A stretch of 64,000 nucleotides of DNA, taken from contig LCDG01000001.1 of NCBI GenBank assembly GCA_000998425.1, positions 10,558 through 74,557 on the forward strand. Reading direction: 5' to 3'. The DNA is from Candidatus Nomurabacteria bacterium GW2011_GWC2_42_20 (lineage in GTDB: Bacteria > Patescibacteriota > Minisyncoccia > Phycocordibacterales > UBA1550). The notes under the pieces are model-generated. The model ran no database searches. It was not told the origin of the DNA and was given only the letters and a program-made list of their open reading frames with translations. Position numbers and translations under genes: made by a program. Positions 19,718 to 29,768 of this stretch are shown piece by piece; position 1 is the stretch's first letter, and each line of letters starts with the position of its first letter.

Positions 19718-20497
19718 ATGGAAAAACTTTCTTATTCAAAAAAACTTTATTACAAGGCCGGCGTAAAACTCTTGATTTTTCCGATCCTAGCAATGATTTT
19801 AGGAATTAGTTTTTTTGTTTATGGTATTGATAACGCGATCGCACTTGGTGTTCCGTTGGCTGGACTTGTTGGTTTTGGTCTCGGGTTTATCCTCTTCCCA
19901 CTAAGTGAGCGAGTCCAAACAATATTTGATAAAAAAATTGACCACATCTATTCAAAATATGCAGACCCGATTATAGATGATAGAGATGCAGCAAAACGAG
20001 GAATAGACGGAGAAAGCATTGTCTTTGGCTGGCTTAATGAAATTCTTACTGATAAATCGTGGTCAATATATAAAAATGTAGAATTTACAGCAGGCGACAA
20101 AAATAAATTTGACATAGATGCCATAGTGGTCGGCCCGAAAGGAATTTTTGTATTTGAGATAAAGAATTTGTCATATGACTTTTTCTTTACTTCACATGAC
20201 TGTGATGTGGTGGTGGGTGAACAAATTCGACCATGCTCTCAAAAAGACCCGCGAATACAGATTGCTCAAAATGCAGAGATATTAGAAAAGAAACTGAAGG
20301 CAAGTGGCTTTAATGGAGTAAAAACGAAGCGCGCAGTTGTGTTTGCTCGACCAGAATCCATTCGGTTTCTCGGGAGCACTACAGTCTTTTTGATAGATAA
20401 TAAGGAAACTTTAAAGAGGTATATGCTCGAACAGTATGATGACCTGAGGTTTACGCCTGAGTTTTGTGAAAAAGTAAAAGAGGCAATTTTGTCATAA
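19718..20497 (+). CDS. membrane-anchored NERD (nuclease-related domain) protein
   Basis: 259 aa; two N-terminal TM helices, then GIDGESIVFGWLNEIL...KFDIDAIVVGPKGIFVFEIKNLSY...QIAQNAEILEKKLK, matching the NERD pattern (G..GE...L..L...DiD.vvv...GifviEvKn). Confidence 0.65.
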   Translation: MEKLSYSKKLYYKAGVKLLIFPILAMILGISFFVYGIDNAIALGVPLAGLVGFGLGFILFPLSERVQTIFDKKIDHIYSKYADPIIDDRDAAKRGIDGESIVFGWLNEILTDKSWSIYKNVEFTAGDKNKFDIDAIVVGPKGIFVFEIKNLSYDFFFTSHDCDVVVGEQIRPCSQKDPRIQIAQNAEILEKKLKASGFNGVKTKRAVVFARPESIRFLGSTTVFLIDNKETLKRYMLEQYDDLRFTPEFCEKVKEAILS

Positions 20498-20574
20498 TTT
20501 GACAATTAAAAGACTGACGCGTGGGAATCCTACAATGACAGCTAAATTTGCTGAGTTAGAAATTAATGAGGATT

Positions 20575-20610
20575 AAACAAAAGCATGATTTATCATGCTT
20601 TTGAAGTTTG
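20575..20610 (+). terminator. intrinsic terminator after the NERD gene
   Basis: aaagcatgat-ttatc-atgcttt followed by a T-rich run. Confidence 0.6.
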
Positions 20611-20798
20611 TAATTTTATCTAAAAAGGTTCCAGCTTTGTCCCAAACTCCCAGCCAAGAAATAGTATCGCATAGTGTTTATCGAGGCATGATACTGAGAC
20701 GCAAGACATTACCTAAACATAGGATTTGTATTCGTGGTCTTTGCTGCTCACTAATATCTAGAGTATAATTTGGTTGTTATCAGTTAATTACTAATTAT

Positions 20799-21266
20799 AT
20801 GGATACCAAAGTAAAAATTTCCGCAGTAGCACTTCGCTTGCTTTTGGGTTGGTTCATGTTTTTTGATGGACTTGGTATTCTTCTTAATCCAAATTTTACA
20901 GCTACTGGTTTTCTTACAAACGCAAAAACTTTTCAAGGTTTTTATTCATGGTTTGCGCTTCCGATGAATATTTGGTGGGTTGATTTTATTACTCCATTGG
21001 CAATTATTCTTATAGGTGTTTCTCTTTTGGTAGGGGTTGGCGTGCGACTAGCGTCGTGGGCAGGTGCCTTTCTTATGATTATCTATTATTTCCCACATTA
21101 TTATTTTCCAATTGTTACATACGGATACATTGTTGAAGAACATATCATTTACGCAGCAGTCTTTGTTCTAATAGCGCTTTGGACTCCTGCTCAGGAATTT
21201 GGTTTTAGCGGAGTTCTAAAGCGTTCTTTCTTGGGCCGCGTTTCATTTTTACGCTCGATTCTGTAG
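20799..21266 (+). CDS. DoxX-family membrane protein
   Basis: 155 aa with four TM helices; N-terminal ...ALRLLLGWFMFFDGLGIL..., typical of DoxX; TATAAT box at ~20762. Confidence 0.65.
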   Translation: MDTKVKISAVALRLLLGWFMFFDGLGILLNPNFTATGFLTNAKTFQGFYSWFALPMNIWWVDFITPLAIILIGVSLLVGVGVRLASWAGAFLMIIYYFPHYYFPIVTYGYIVEEHIIYAAVFVLIALWTPAQEFGFSGVLKRSFLGRVSFLRSIL

Positions 21267-21358
21267 CTATTAGTCGGTTTTGCAATTAAAAACACAAGCA
21301 CCAATCCGGCAATACCAGTTTGGTGCTTGTGTTTTTGTGGTACCATATTAATAATACG

Positions 21359-22207
21359 ATGAAAAAGATTATGCGCGTTATTTTGGTTGTCGCAGTTGTG
21401 GGGGTAGTTTTCCTTATGCTTTCCTACACAAGCAGTCACAATATGGGCGTGTTCAACCCGAAGGGAACAATTGCCCATGCGGAAATGAACCTTATTGTCA
21501 CGACAACGCTACTCATGCTTATTGTGGTTATCCCTGTATTCGTTATGCTCGCAATTTTTTCATGGAGATACAGGGCTGGTAATACGAAGGCAAAGTATTC
21601 TCCAGACTGGCATAAAAGTATCGCGTTGGAAGTGATTTGGTGGATAATACCAATAATAATTATTGCTATTATTGCAAGGATGACGTGGATTAGTAGTCAT
21701 GATCTTGATCCATATAAACCGATTGCTTCAAGTGTTGTTCCAATTACAATAGAGGTTGTTGCTCTTGAGTGGAAATGGCTGTTCATTTATCCGGATCAAA
21801 ACATCGCTACTTTGAATTTTGTACAATTGCCAATTGATACACCTATTAATTTTAGGATAACTGGCGACGCACCGATGAATTCATTTTGGATTCCCCAGCT
21901 TGCGGGACAAATATATGCAATGGAGAAAGGGGACTATGCAGGTGTTTCCGCAAACTACAGTGGATTTGGGTTTTCGGGAATGAAGTTTACAGCGAGGGCG
22001 AGCTCGCAAGACGAGTTTGAACAGTGGGTGCGAACAGTTCGTATGTCACCAAGCACACTTAGTATTGATGAATACACCAAGCTTGCAGAAAAAAGTAGGA
22101 ATAATGATGTCTCGTACTACTCATCTGTTCACAAAGGTTTGTATGATAAAATAATAATGAAATTCATGGTGCCAGCGAATGTAATAATGACGAAAATGAA
22201 TATGTAA
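21359..22207 (+). CDS. cyoA: cytochrome o/bo3-type ubiquinol oxidase subunit II (no CuA site)
   Basis: Two N-terminal TM helices plus a cupredoxin-like domain ...[25 protein letters not shown]... lacking the CuA Cys/His ligands, resembling quinol-oxidase subunit II. ATG at 21359; the track uses TTG at 21320. Confidence 0.8.
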   Translation: MKKIMRVILVVAVVGVVFLMLSYTSSHNMGVFNPKGTIAHAEMNLIVTTTLLMLIVVIPVFVMLAIFSWRYRAGNTKAKYSPDWHKSIALEVIWWIIPIIIIAIIARMTWISSHDLDPYKPIASSVVPITIEVVALEWKWLFIYPDQNIATLNFVQLPIDTPINFRITGDAPMNSFWIPQLAGQIYAMEKGDYAGVSANYSGFGFSGMKFTARASSQDEFEQWVRTVRMSPSTLSIDEYTKLAEKSRNNDVSYYSSVHKGLYDKIIMKFMVPANVIMTKMNM

Positions 22208-22211
22208 TATT

Positions 22212-24164
22212 ATGTTTGGAAACCTCACACTCTCTGCGCTCCCACATGAACCAATCACCGTTGGAGCTGGTATTTTTATGGCTATCGCTGGCTCAAGCAT
22301 TATAGGACTTTTGTTTTATTTCAAGCGCTGGAGGTGGCTTTGGGCAGAATGGCTCACATCAGTAGATCATAAAAAGATCGGTGTGATGTACATCATTTTG
22401 GCTTTCGTGATGCTTCTCCGCGGCTTTTCTGATGCCGTAATGATGCGATTACAGCAAATATTGTCAGTCGGTGATTCTGTGGGGTATTTGCCACCAGAGC
22501 ATTACGACCAAATATTTACGGCACACGGAGTGATCATGATCTTTTTTGTTGCGATGCCGCTCATGTTTGGGTTAATCAACCTGGCGGTGCCACTTCAGAT
22601 CGGAGCGAGAGATGTTGCTTTTCCTTTTCTCAACTCGATGAGCCTTTGGCTCACTGTTTTTGGCGCGATGTTGGTAAACTTGTCGCTTGTAGTGGGGGAG
22701 TTTGCGGCGACTGGGTGGCTCGCATACCCGCCACTTTCGGGCATTGTGTATAGTCCTGGTGTAGGGGTGGACTATTATATTTGGGCGCTACAGATTGCAG
22801 GTGTCGGAAGCTTGATCTCTGGAATAAATTTCTTTGTAACTATACTTATGATGCGTTGCAAGGGGATGACACTCATGAGGATGCCAGTTTTTGTGTGGAC
22901 CGTCCTTGCTTCTATGACGCTCGTTATTATTTCTTTTCCAATTCTTACAGCCACGCTCGGAATGCTCTCATTGGATAGGCTTCTCGGAATGCATTTTTTT
23001 ACGTCGGACTTTGGCGGGAATGCAATGATGTATGTGAACCTTATTTGGGCGTGGGGGCATCCTGAGGTATATATTCTCGTATTACCAGCATTCGGTATTT
23101 TTTCTGAAGTTGTTTCAGTATTTTCACGCAAGAAACTTTTTGGATATACATCGATGATCTACGCGACAGTTGCTATTACGTTTTTGTCATTTGTGGTTTG
23201 GGTACACCACTTCTTTACGATGGGCGCTGGCGCAAATGTAAATGCTTTCTTTGGCATCATGACAATGATCATTGCCATACCAACTGGTGTGAAGGTTTTT
23301 AATTGGCTATTCACAATGTTTCGCGGACGCATCGTGTTTGCATCGCCAATGCTCTGGATGATTGGGTTTATTTTTACATTCACAATAGGTGGGATGACAG
23401 GAGTTTTGCTTTCCGTGCCAGCTGCTGATTTTCAGCTACACAACAGTTTATTTTTAGTCGCGCATTTTCACAATACGATTATCGGTGGTGTAGTATTCGG
23501 ATACTTTGCTGGGATCACATATTGGTTTTCAAAGATTTTTGGCTTCAAATTGAATGAACGACTCGGCAAGGCTGCCTTTTGGCACTGGATTGTAGGCTTT
23601 TTTGTAGCGTTTGTACCTCTTTATATTCTTGGTCTAATGGGAATGACGAGACGCATAAGCCATATAGATGAATCTACTGGATGGCAGACACTTTTGATCG
23701 TTGCTGGTATCGGTGTAGTAATTATCGGCATCGGTGTCCTGCTACAAATTTTGCAAATGATTGTAAGTATCCGCGACCGCAAGCACAACATGGATACGAC
23801 CGGAGATCCATGGGACGGTAGGACTTTGGAGTGGTCTACATCTTCACCTCCGCCTTTCTATAACTTTGCTATTATCCCAACAGTGCACGGTCGCCACCCT
23901 TTTTGGGATACGAAGTATGGCGAATCCGAACAGGTTGCTCCACACTATGAGGATATTGAAATGCCGAGTAATACGCCGATGGGTTTGTACATTGCATTTG
24001 CGAGCGTGGTATTTGGCTTTGCAATCGTGTGGCATATCGTATGGTTAGTGGTGTTAGCGTTTGCAGCTATTTTGGCGCTTCTTATTGCGCGTTCACTTGA
24101 TTACAATACTGAGTATGTTGTGAAGGCAGAGACGATCGCAAAAATTGAAGCTAAAAGAAAATAA
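22212..24164 (+). CDS. cyoB: heme-copper quinol oxidase subunit I
   Basis: 650 aa, ~14 TM helices; conserved [22 protein letters not shown] and HFHNTIIGG motifs (heme and CuB His ligands). Confidence 0.95.
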   Translation: MFGNLTLSALPHEPITVGAGIFMAIAGSSIIGLLFYFKRWRWLWAEWLTSVDHKKIGVMYIILAFVMLLRGFSDAVMMRLQQILSVGDSVGYLPPEHYDQIFTAHGVIMIFFVAMPLMFGLINLAVPLQIGARDVAFPFLNSMSLWLTVFGAMLVNLSLVVGEFAATGWLAYPPLSGIVYSPGVGVDYYIWALQIAGVGSLISGINFFVTILMMRCKGMTLMRMPVFVWTVLASMTLVIISFPILTATLGMLSLDRLLGMHFFTSDFGGNAMMYVNLIWAWGHPEVYILVLPAFGIFSEVVSVFSRKKLFGYTSMIYATVAITFLSFVVWVHHFFTMGAGANVNAFFGIMTMIIAIPTGVKVFNWLFTMFRGRIVFASPMLWMIGFIFTFTIGGMTGVLLSVPAADFQLHNSLFLVAHFHNTIIGGVVFGYFAGITYWFSKIFGFKLNERLGKAAFWHWIVGFFVAFVPLYILGLMGMTRRISHIDESTGWQTLLIVAGIGVVIIGIGVLLQILQMIVSIRDRKHNMDTTGDPWDGRTLEWSTSSPPPFYNFAIIPTVHGRHPFWDTKYGESEQVAPHYEDIEMPSNTPMGLYIAFASVVFGFAIVWHIVWLVVLAFAAILALLIARSLDYNTEYVVKAETIAKIEAKRK

Positions 24165-24165
24165 T

Positions 24166-24780
24166 ATGAAAGAAGAAACACTAAATCATAACAGTTTCCG
24201 ACCAGGGCGTGAGTCTGCTGACGGAGAAGCGAAGGCAATCTTCGGTTTCTGGGTATATATTATGAGTGACACACTTTTGTTTGCTGCTATCTTTGCTACA
24301 CATGCAGTGCTTCACAATAATACCTTCGATGGTCCGTCGGCAAAGGAGCTTGTTAATATGACATTTGTTTTGACTGAGACACTCGTTCTTCTCGCAAGTA
24401 GTTTTGCGTTTGGTATTGCTTCTACATATGCGCATCATCATAATAAGAAAAATATTGTACTTGTATGGATCAGTGTCACATTTCTTCTAGGCGCAGCATT
24501 TATTGGGATGGAGATGACGGAGTTTGCAAAGCTTTTTCAAGAAGGGAATAGTTGGCAGAGGAGCGGATTTTTATCAGGTTTCTTTACCCTTATTGGTACG
24601 CACGGGCTGCATGTGACTGCAGGTCTCATTTGGATGGTGAGTGTATTTGCTCAGGTATTGAAGTATGGGCTCACAGACAGAACAATAGGGAGAATATCAA
24701 CACTAGGACTATTTTGGCATTTCCTCTACATCGTGTGGATATTTATATTCACCCTTGTTTATCTTATGGGGGTAATATAA
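24166..24780 (+). CDS. cyoC: quinol oxidase subunit III
   Basis: ~200-aa 5-TM protein at the subunit-III position in the operon; ...LGLFWHFLYIVWIFIF... fits the subunit III C-terminus. Confidence 0.85.
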   Translation: MKEETLNHNSFRPGRESADGEAKAIFGFWVYIMSDTLLFAAIFATHAVLHNNTFDGPSAKELVNMTFVLTETLVLLASSFAFGIASTYAHHHNKKNIVLVWISVTFLLGAAFIGMEMTEFAKLFQEGNSWQRSGFLSGFFTLIGTHGLHVTAGLIWMVSVFAQVLKYGLTDRTIGRISTLGLFWHFLYIVWIFIFTLVYLMGVI

Positions 24781-24787
24781 AAATACT

Positions 24788-25171
24788 ATGACAAACAATT
24801 TTGAAGTCATTGATGAACGATATGAAGCAAGTCACCATGCATTTAAATCATATGCCATTGGGTTTGTGTTGTCTCTTTTGTTCACAATTGTTCCGTATTT
24901 TCTAGTTATCAAACGCCTGTTTGGTGACCAGAGCCTAATATTGGCGGTGGTTTTTTTCGCCGTCGCACAGTTTTTTGTACAGGTAGTATTCTTCCTTCAT
25001 CTTCATAAAAAATCGCGACCGCGTTGGAATATGATTGTTTTCATTTTTACGATTTTGATTGTCGCAATTTTGGTCGTAGGGTCTCTGTGGGTCATGCGTA
25101 ACCTAGATTACAACATGACGAAAGTGTTCGATCTGAACACAAATGAAGGGTATATGCTAGAAAAAAAATGA
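24788..25171 (+). CDS. cyoD: quinol oxidase subunit IV
   Basis: 127-aa 3-TM protein at the subunit-IV position. Confidence 0.7.
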   Translation: MTNNFEVIDERYEASHHAFKSYAIGFVLSLLFTIVPYFLVIKRLFGDQSLILAVVFFAVAQFFVQVVFFLHLHKKSRPRWNMIVFIFTILIVAILVVGSLWVMRNLDYNMTKVFDLNTNEGYMLEKK

Positions 25172-26031
25172 TCAAAGATTATTATTTCATAACAAAACCA
25201 GGAATTATAGGAGGCAACGCAATTACTGCTATTGCTGGTTTTTTACTTGCATCTAGAGGGGATATCAATTGGCTCATTCTCTTCGCGACACTTGCTGGGC
25301 TTTCTCTTGTTGTTGCATCAGGATGCGTTTTTAACAATTACATCGACCGCGACATTGATGCAATCATGGAGCGTACAAAAAACCGCACAATGGCACAAGG
25401 GCGGTCATCTCTTAGAAGCGCACTCGTGTATGCGTCGGTGCTTGGACTAACCGGTCTTGGTATTTTATATTTTTATACAAATTTTTTAGCGATGGCAGCC
25501 GCACTTATAGGGCTCTTTGTTTATGTAGTTGGATATAGTTTGTGGCTCAAGCGCACTTCTACCATTAGCGCCATTATTGGAAGTGTCTCTGGAGCTATGC
25601 CTCCAGTTGTGGGGTATCTTGCGGTGACTGGAAACATTGACCTAGGTGCTGTCATTATATTTTTTATTCTCGCGTTTTGGCAGATGCCCCATTCGTATGC
25701 AATTGCCATATATCGGCTCAGGGATTATACAAATGCGAGTATCCCCGTTTTACCAGCAGAAAAAGGAATTTATATGACAAAGGTGCATATGCTTATTTAT
25801 GTTGCCCTTTTTGTAATGGCAAGTTTGGCGCTGTCTGTATTTGGTTATGCAGGGCAGCTTTATTTTTGTGCAATGATATTGTTTGGATTCGCGTGGTTCC
25901 TCCTGTGTGTTAAGGGTTTCTTCATTAAAACAACTAATAATAAAAAATGGGCGCACAGCATGTATATTTTTTCAATCATTATTATTGCAATGTTTTTCCT
26001 AGTTGTTTTGGTTGAGGCGCTACAGATATAG
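25168..26031 (+). CDS. cyoE: protoheme IX farnesyltransferase (heme O synthase)
   Basis: 287 aa, UbiA-family; ...YIDRDIDAIMERTKNRTMAQG... (D-rich prenyl-diphosphate-binding motif). It overlaps cyoD by 4 nt. Confidence 0.9.
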   Translation: MIKDYYFITKPGIIGGNAITAIAGFLLASRGDINWLILFATLAGLSLVVASGCVFNNYIDRDIDAIMERTKNRTMAQGRSSLRSALVYASVLGLTGLGILYFYTNFLAMAAALIGLFVYVVGYSLWLKRTSTISAIIGSVSGAMPPVVGYLAVTGNIDLGAVIIFFILAFWQMPHSYAIAIYRLRDYTNASIPVLPAEKGIYMTKVHMLIYVALFVMASLALSVFGYAGQLYFCAMILFGFAWFLLCVKGFFIKTTNNKKWAHSMYIFSIIIIAMFFLVVLVEALQI

Positions 26032-26059
26032 TGTGAGAGTTGCGCTATTATGGTAAAAT

Positions 26060-26683
26060 GTGTATATGCCGCCTCTTGCTTTTGCAGACATCAGGATACT
26101 TTCTTGTTTAAATACTCCCAAAAAAATACAAGATTTTTTAGATTCACTTCCAATAAATCTTGAGAAAAGAGGAGAGACGTGTATGTCGCCAAGCCGTGTT
26201 CTAAGAGAAAAAAGAGCGCACTGCATAGAAGGCGCAATGCTTGCTGCGACCGCACTATGGTTACAAGGGGAGAAACCACTTATTATGAGTTTAAAAGTTT
26301 CGCGTGGCGACTATGACCATGTTGTTGCTCTATATAAAAAAAACGGTCACTGGGGGGCGATAAGTAAAACTAATCATTCGGTGCTTCGTTTTCGTGACCC
26401 AGTTTATCGTACATTGCGTGAGTTAGCCCTTTCATATTTTCATGAATATTTTCTTATTTCGAACGGTAAAAAAACCATGCGAGGATATTCGAGGCCAATC
26501 AATATGAAGCGATTTGGAAGGAATTGGGTAATGGCAGAAGATGATTTGTGGGATATAGGCAATGCGATTTTTAATTCACCGCATATTAAAGTTGTTCCTA
26601 AGAAAAACGAAAAGCATATTCGTACAGCACACCCGTTGGAACGAAGGGCCGCAAGCCTAAAGGAGTGGAGAGGAAACAAGTAG
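26060..26683 (+). CDS. hypothetical protein with a possible transglutaminase/papain-like Cys-His arrangement
   Basis: 207 aa; ...AHCIEGAMLAATALWL...DHVVALYKKNGHWGAIS... gives C, H, D spacing like transglutaminase-like cysteine proteases; weak. Confidence 0.35.
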   Translation: MYMPPLAFADIRILSCLNTPKKIQDFLDSLPINLEKRGETCMSPSRVLREKRAHCIEGAMLAATALWLQGEKPLIMSLKVSRGDYDHVVALYKKNGHWGAISKTNHSVLRFRDPVYRTLRELALSYFHEYFLISNGKKTMRGYSRPINMKRFGRNWVMAEDDLWDIGNAIFNSPHIKVVPKKNEKHIRTAHPLERRAASLKEWRGNK

Positions 26684-26695
26684 CACATAACACAG

Positions 26696-26992
26696 ATGAT
26701 AAAAAAATATATAGAATATTATAGAGATAATCCGGAGGAGCTTTGGTTCAAAAGAAAGCTTTTTGGTTGGGGGTGGGTGCCAGTTAGATGGCAGGGCTGG
26801 TTTACTCTCGCTGTTTACCTTGTTGTCATGACTCCATCTCTAATAAAAATAGATACATATTCCAATACAAACGACGAAGGAATAATTATGCCTGCTACTA
26901 TATTTATTATCGCAACGACAGCATTGATTTATGCTTGCTATAAAAAAGGAGAGAAACCAAAATGGCAATGGGGCCTCCCAAAGAAAAAATGA
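26696..26992 (+). CDS. small membrane protein
   Basis: 98-aa ORF with two TM helices. Confidence 0.4.
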   Translation: MIKKYIEYYRDNPEELWFKRKLFGWGWVPVRWQGWFTLAVYLVVMTPSLIKIDTYSNTNDEGIIMPATIFIIATTALIYACYKKGEKPKWQWGLPKKK

Positions 26993-27606
26993 AATATAAA
27001 ACATTGATTTTGGGTATTTTTTTGATAATGCTGTTTGTGTTTGGTGCTTATTATTTCTCTCGTACTGAGAATATTACCAACTACCCATCAAAAGGTACTG
27101 ATATTATTGCGTTCGGAGATAGTTTGGTCGTAGGTGTTGGTTCGACAAACGAAAATGATTTTGTGTCGCTACTCTCGCAAAAGATTGGTCTTCCGATTAT
27201 CAACTTGGGACACTCTGGTGACACCACAATTGACGGGATAGAGCGTATAAATGAGTTGGATGATTATAATCCCAAAGTAGTCATCCTGCTCCTTGGCGGT
27301 AATGATCATTTAAAAAAGATATCTGTCACCGACACACATAAAAATCTTGCAGTTCTTATTGAAAATATTCAATCACGCGGAGCAGTTGTGCTTTTGCTCG
27401 GAGTTAGGGGTGGACTTTTTAATGATCGATTTGATACTGAGTTTGAAAAATTGCGTAACACCTACAATACTGCGTTTGTCCCAGACGTACTAGACGGGCT
27501 TTTTGGTAATGCAAAATATATGTCAGACCCAATACATCCAAATGATATCGGATATAAAATAATAGCTGGACGCGTTTACCCTGTACTCACTGGAATTATT
27601 AAGTAG
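26989..27606 (+). CDS. SGNH/GDSL-family hydrolase (arylesterase/lysophospholipase-like)
   Basis: Signal/TM then block I FGDSLVVGVG, block III GGNDH, block V DPIHPN. Confidence 0.8.
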   Translation: MKYKTLILGIFLIMLFVFGAYYFSRTENITNYPSKGTDIIAFGDSLVVGVGSTNENDFVSLLSQKIGLPIINLGHSGDTTIDGIERINELDDYNPKVVILLLGGNDHLKKISVTDTHKNLAVLIENIQSRGAVVLLLGVRGGLFNDRFDTEFEKLRNTYNTAFVPDVLDGLFGNAKYMSDPIHPNDIGYKIIAGRVYPVLTGIIK

Positions 27607-27674
27607 CATGTAAGATTTTTTGCAACACGTCGTCTTCATTTGTGAGGGAATAACCCTTTAACACAACATTACAT

Positions 27675-28298
27675 ATGAAAAAACTTCTAGCAATAATTTT
27701 GTGCGCGTCTATTATTACACCATCTTTTGTTTTTGCAAGTGAGAAATCTGAGCAAAAAAGAGACAACGATTATCGGAAATCAGCTCAAATGGTTGATAAA
27801 AACGAAAAAAGAGAGAGTAGTAAGGAAAAAAGTGGAGAGGAAAAAGTAGAATTAAAGGATAAAAAATATGAAAAGAAAGCACAGAAGCAAGTAGAACTTG
27901 TTGTCAAGCGTATAGAATCTGCAATCGAGCGCGTACAGAAACTTTCTAATCGAGTATCTGAAAGATTGAACAAACTCGAAGCAGAGGGTTTTGATGTAAC
28001 TACATCACGCGCATATCTTACAGAGGCAACGAAGAAACTTGATGATGCGAGGGTAAAAGAGTCTACGTTAAAAATAGATACGGCAACATTTTTTGCGACT
28101 ACAACTCAAATATATAATTTGAAAAATATCCAAAGTTCTGTGAAGGACATTATAAAAGTTATTCAAGGAGCCCACAAGAATGTAGCGCAGGCTATATCGT
28201 CAGCAAAACCAGGACAGAGTAAATCTGTTAACGTTGCAACTTCAACTGCGGTAACACAAGAAGCTTTTACAGCGACAATTACTGATGCTGTAATCTAA
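27675..28298 (+). CDS. secreted Lys/Glu-rich coiled-coil protein
   Basis: 207 aa; signal peptide MKKLLAIILCASIITPSFVFA followed by a charged low-complexity region with heptad-like content. Confidence 0.45.
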   Translation: MKKLLAIILCASIITPSFVFASEKSEQKRDNDYRKSAQMVDKNEKRESSKEKSGEEKVELKDKKYEKKAQKQVELVVKRIESAIERVQKLSNRVSERLNKLEAEGFDVTTSRAYLTEATKKLDDARVKESTLKIDTATFFATTTQIYNLKNIQSSVKDIIKVIQGAHKNVAQAISSAKPGQSKSVNVATSTAVTQEAFTATITDAVI

Positions 28299-28562
28299 AT
28301 ATAATAAAATAATATTATTTTGTGTTGGGTAAGGCTCGTAATTCAAATCAGCGGGTTGGAATTGGTAGACAATGCTGATATACTTGATTAAAATTATAAT
28401 ACTGAATTGCTCATATAATTTTTATAATGGCGCGCGACACGTAAGCCAGCTCCACTGGCGAAACGGGTGATTCGTCTACTGAATTAGAAGCTAAATTTAT
28501 CAATTCTGCATTGTCTACGCGGTGGCATCCTGTATTATCAGCATCTAATTTGCACATACTTC

Positions 28563-29705
28563 ATGAAGGTTGCATTTATACACAACGAAAAAAAGATAGG
28601 GACTGGCGCGCATTATATTAATGACCTGATGTCTTCGAAGCTCAAGGGTATGGGTGTAGAGATAAAGAATTTTTATCCACGAACTTCTTTTGATGCGCCA
28701 ATGCACTTGAGTGGGCTAAAAAACATACTCTTTTTTCATTCTCTGATTGAGAAGAGAAACGAAATTCTTAAATTTGATCTGATACAAGGTACTACATATA
28801 CACCGCTCCCTTTTCTGGCATACCCAATCCCAGTTATTTCTCACTTTGGATCTACAACTAATGGCTTTTTGAATACTACCCCTTTGGCTAGCCAGCTCGA
28901 GGATGGTCCACGCGATGTATGGTATGGGCTTAAAAAAGCAAAAGTAATAAAGGAGTTGAACATAAGAACACGACGACCCCTTAGGGATATCGCGGAAATT
29001 GAAGAACTTGTAGCCATAAAAGCTGACGCAATCATTGCAACTTCAGTTAATGTTAAAAACGAACTTATCGCAATCGGTGTAGATGAAGAAAAAATACACA
29101 TGATTCATAATGCAATTGAGGATTATTGGTTTGATAACAGTAATACTAAAATTGTCGATGAGCCACAAATCGTTTTTCTTGGAAGGATTGGAAATGACGC
29201 ATTTAATTTAAAATTAAAAGGACTCGATAGACTTATTCATCTATATAACCAGTTCAAGGATGTTAAAAAAACCACGATATGTATGACTACAAACAAGGGT
29301 GTTGTTTCGTGGTTGATGGATAATATCCCTAATCATTCCCTGTTTGTAAATATGAAGAAGGACAGAATCCCGGAGACAGTAAAAAATCTTAGGGGTAGTA
29401 TTTTATTTCTTTCTTCTCGGTATGAAGGATTTTCACTAAGCCTTATCGAAGGCATGTCGCAAGGGTTGGTTCCTGTAGCGTACCCTGTCGGTGTTGCGCC
29501 AGAGATTATTCGCAATGGAGAAAATGGTTTTCTTGTCTCATCTCAATCTGAAGCAGTTGAAAAAATAAAAATACTTTTAGCTAATCCGGAGCTTAGAAAA
29601 AAGTGTGTAATAGAAGCAGAGAAGACAGCCAGAAATTTTTCAGGTTCTGAGATAACAAAAAAATTGATAAAACTTTATGAAAAGATTGGAAGGAAGAGAC
29701 AGTAG
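28563..29705 (+). CDS. GT-B glycosyltransferase (family 1 / GT4-like)
   Basis: 380 aa; C-terminal ...SRYEGFSLSLIEGMSQGLVPVAYPVGVAPEIIRNGENGFLV... is the EX7E-type motif of GT4 enzymes. Confidence 0.8.
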   Translation: MKVAFIHNEKKIGTGAHYINDLMSSKLKGMGVEIKNFYPRTSFDAPMHLSGLKNILFFHSLIEKRNEILKFDLIQGTTYTPLPFLAYPIPVISHFGSTTNGFLNTTPLASQLEDGPRDVWYGLKKAKVIKELNIRTRRPLRDIAEIEELVAIKADAIIATSVNVKNELIAIGVDEEKIHMIHNAIEDYWFDNSNTKIVDEPQIVFLGRIGNDAFNLKLKGLDRLIHLYNQFKDVKKTTICMTTNKGVVSWLMDNIPNHSLFVNMKKDRIPETVKNLRGSILFLSSRYEGFSLSLIEGMSQGLVPVAYPVGVAPEIIRNGENGFLVSSQSEAVEKIKILLANPELRKKCVIEAEKTARNFSGSEITKKLIKLYEKIGRKRQ

Positions 29706-29768
29706 GTTGCAACAAATTGGTAACCTATAGCAAAAGACGGTTGTTTATTTAAAAATACGGCGTACAAT

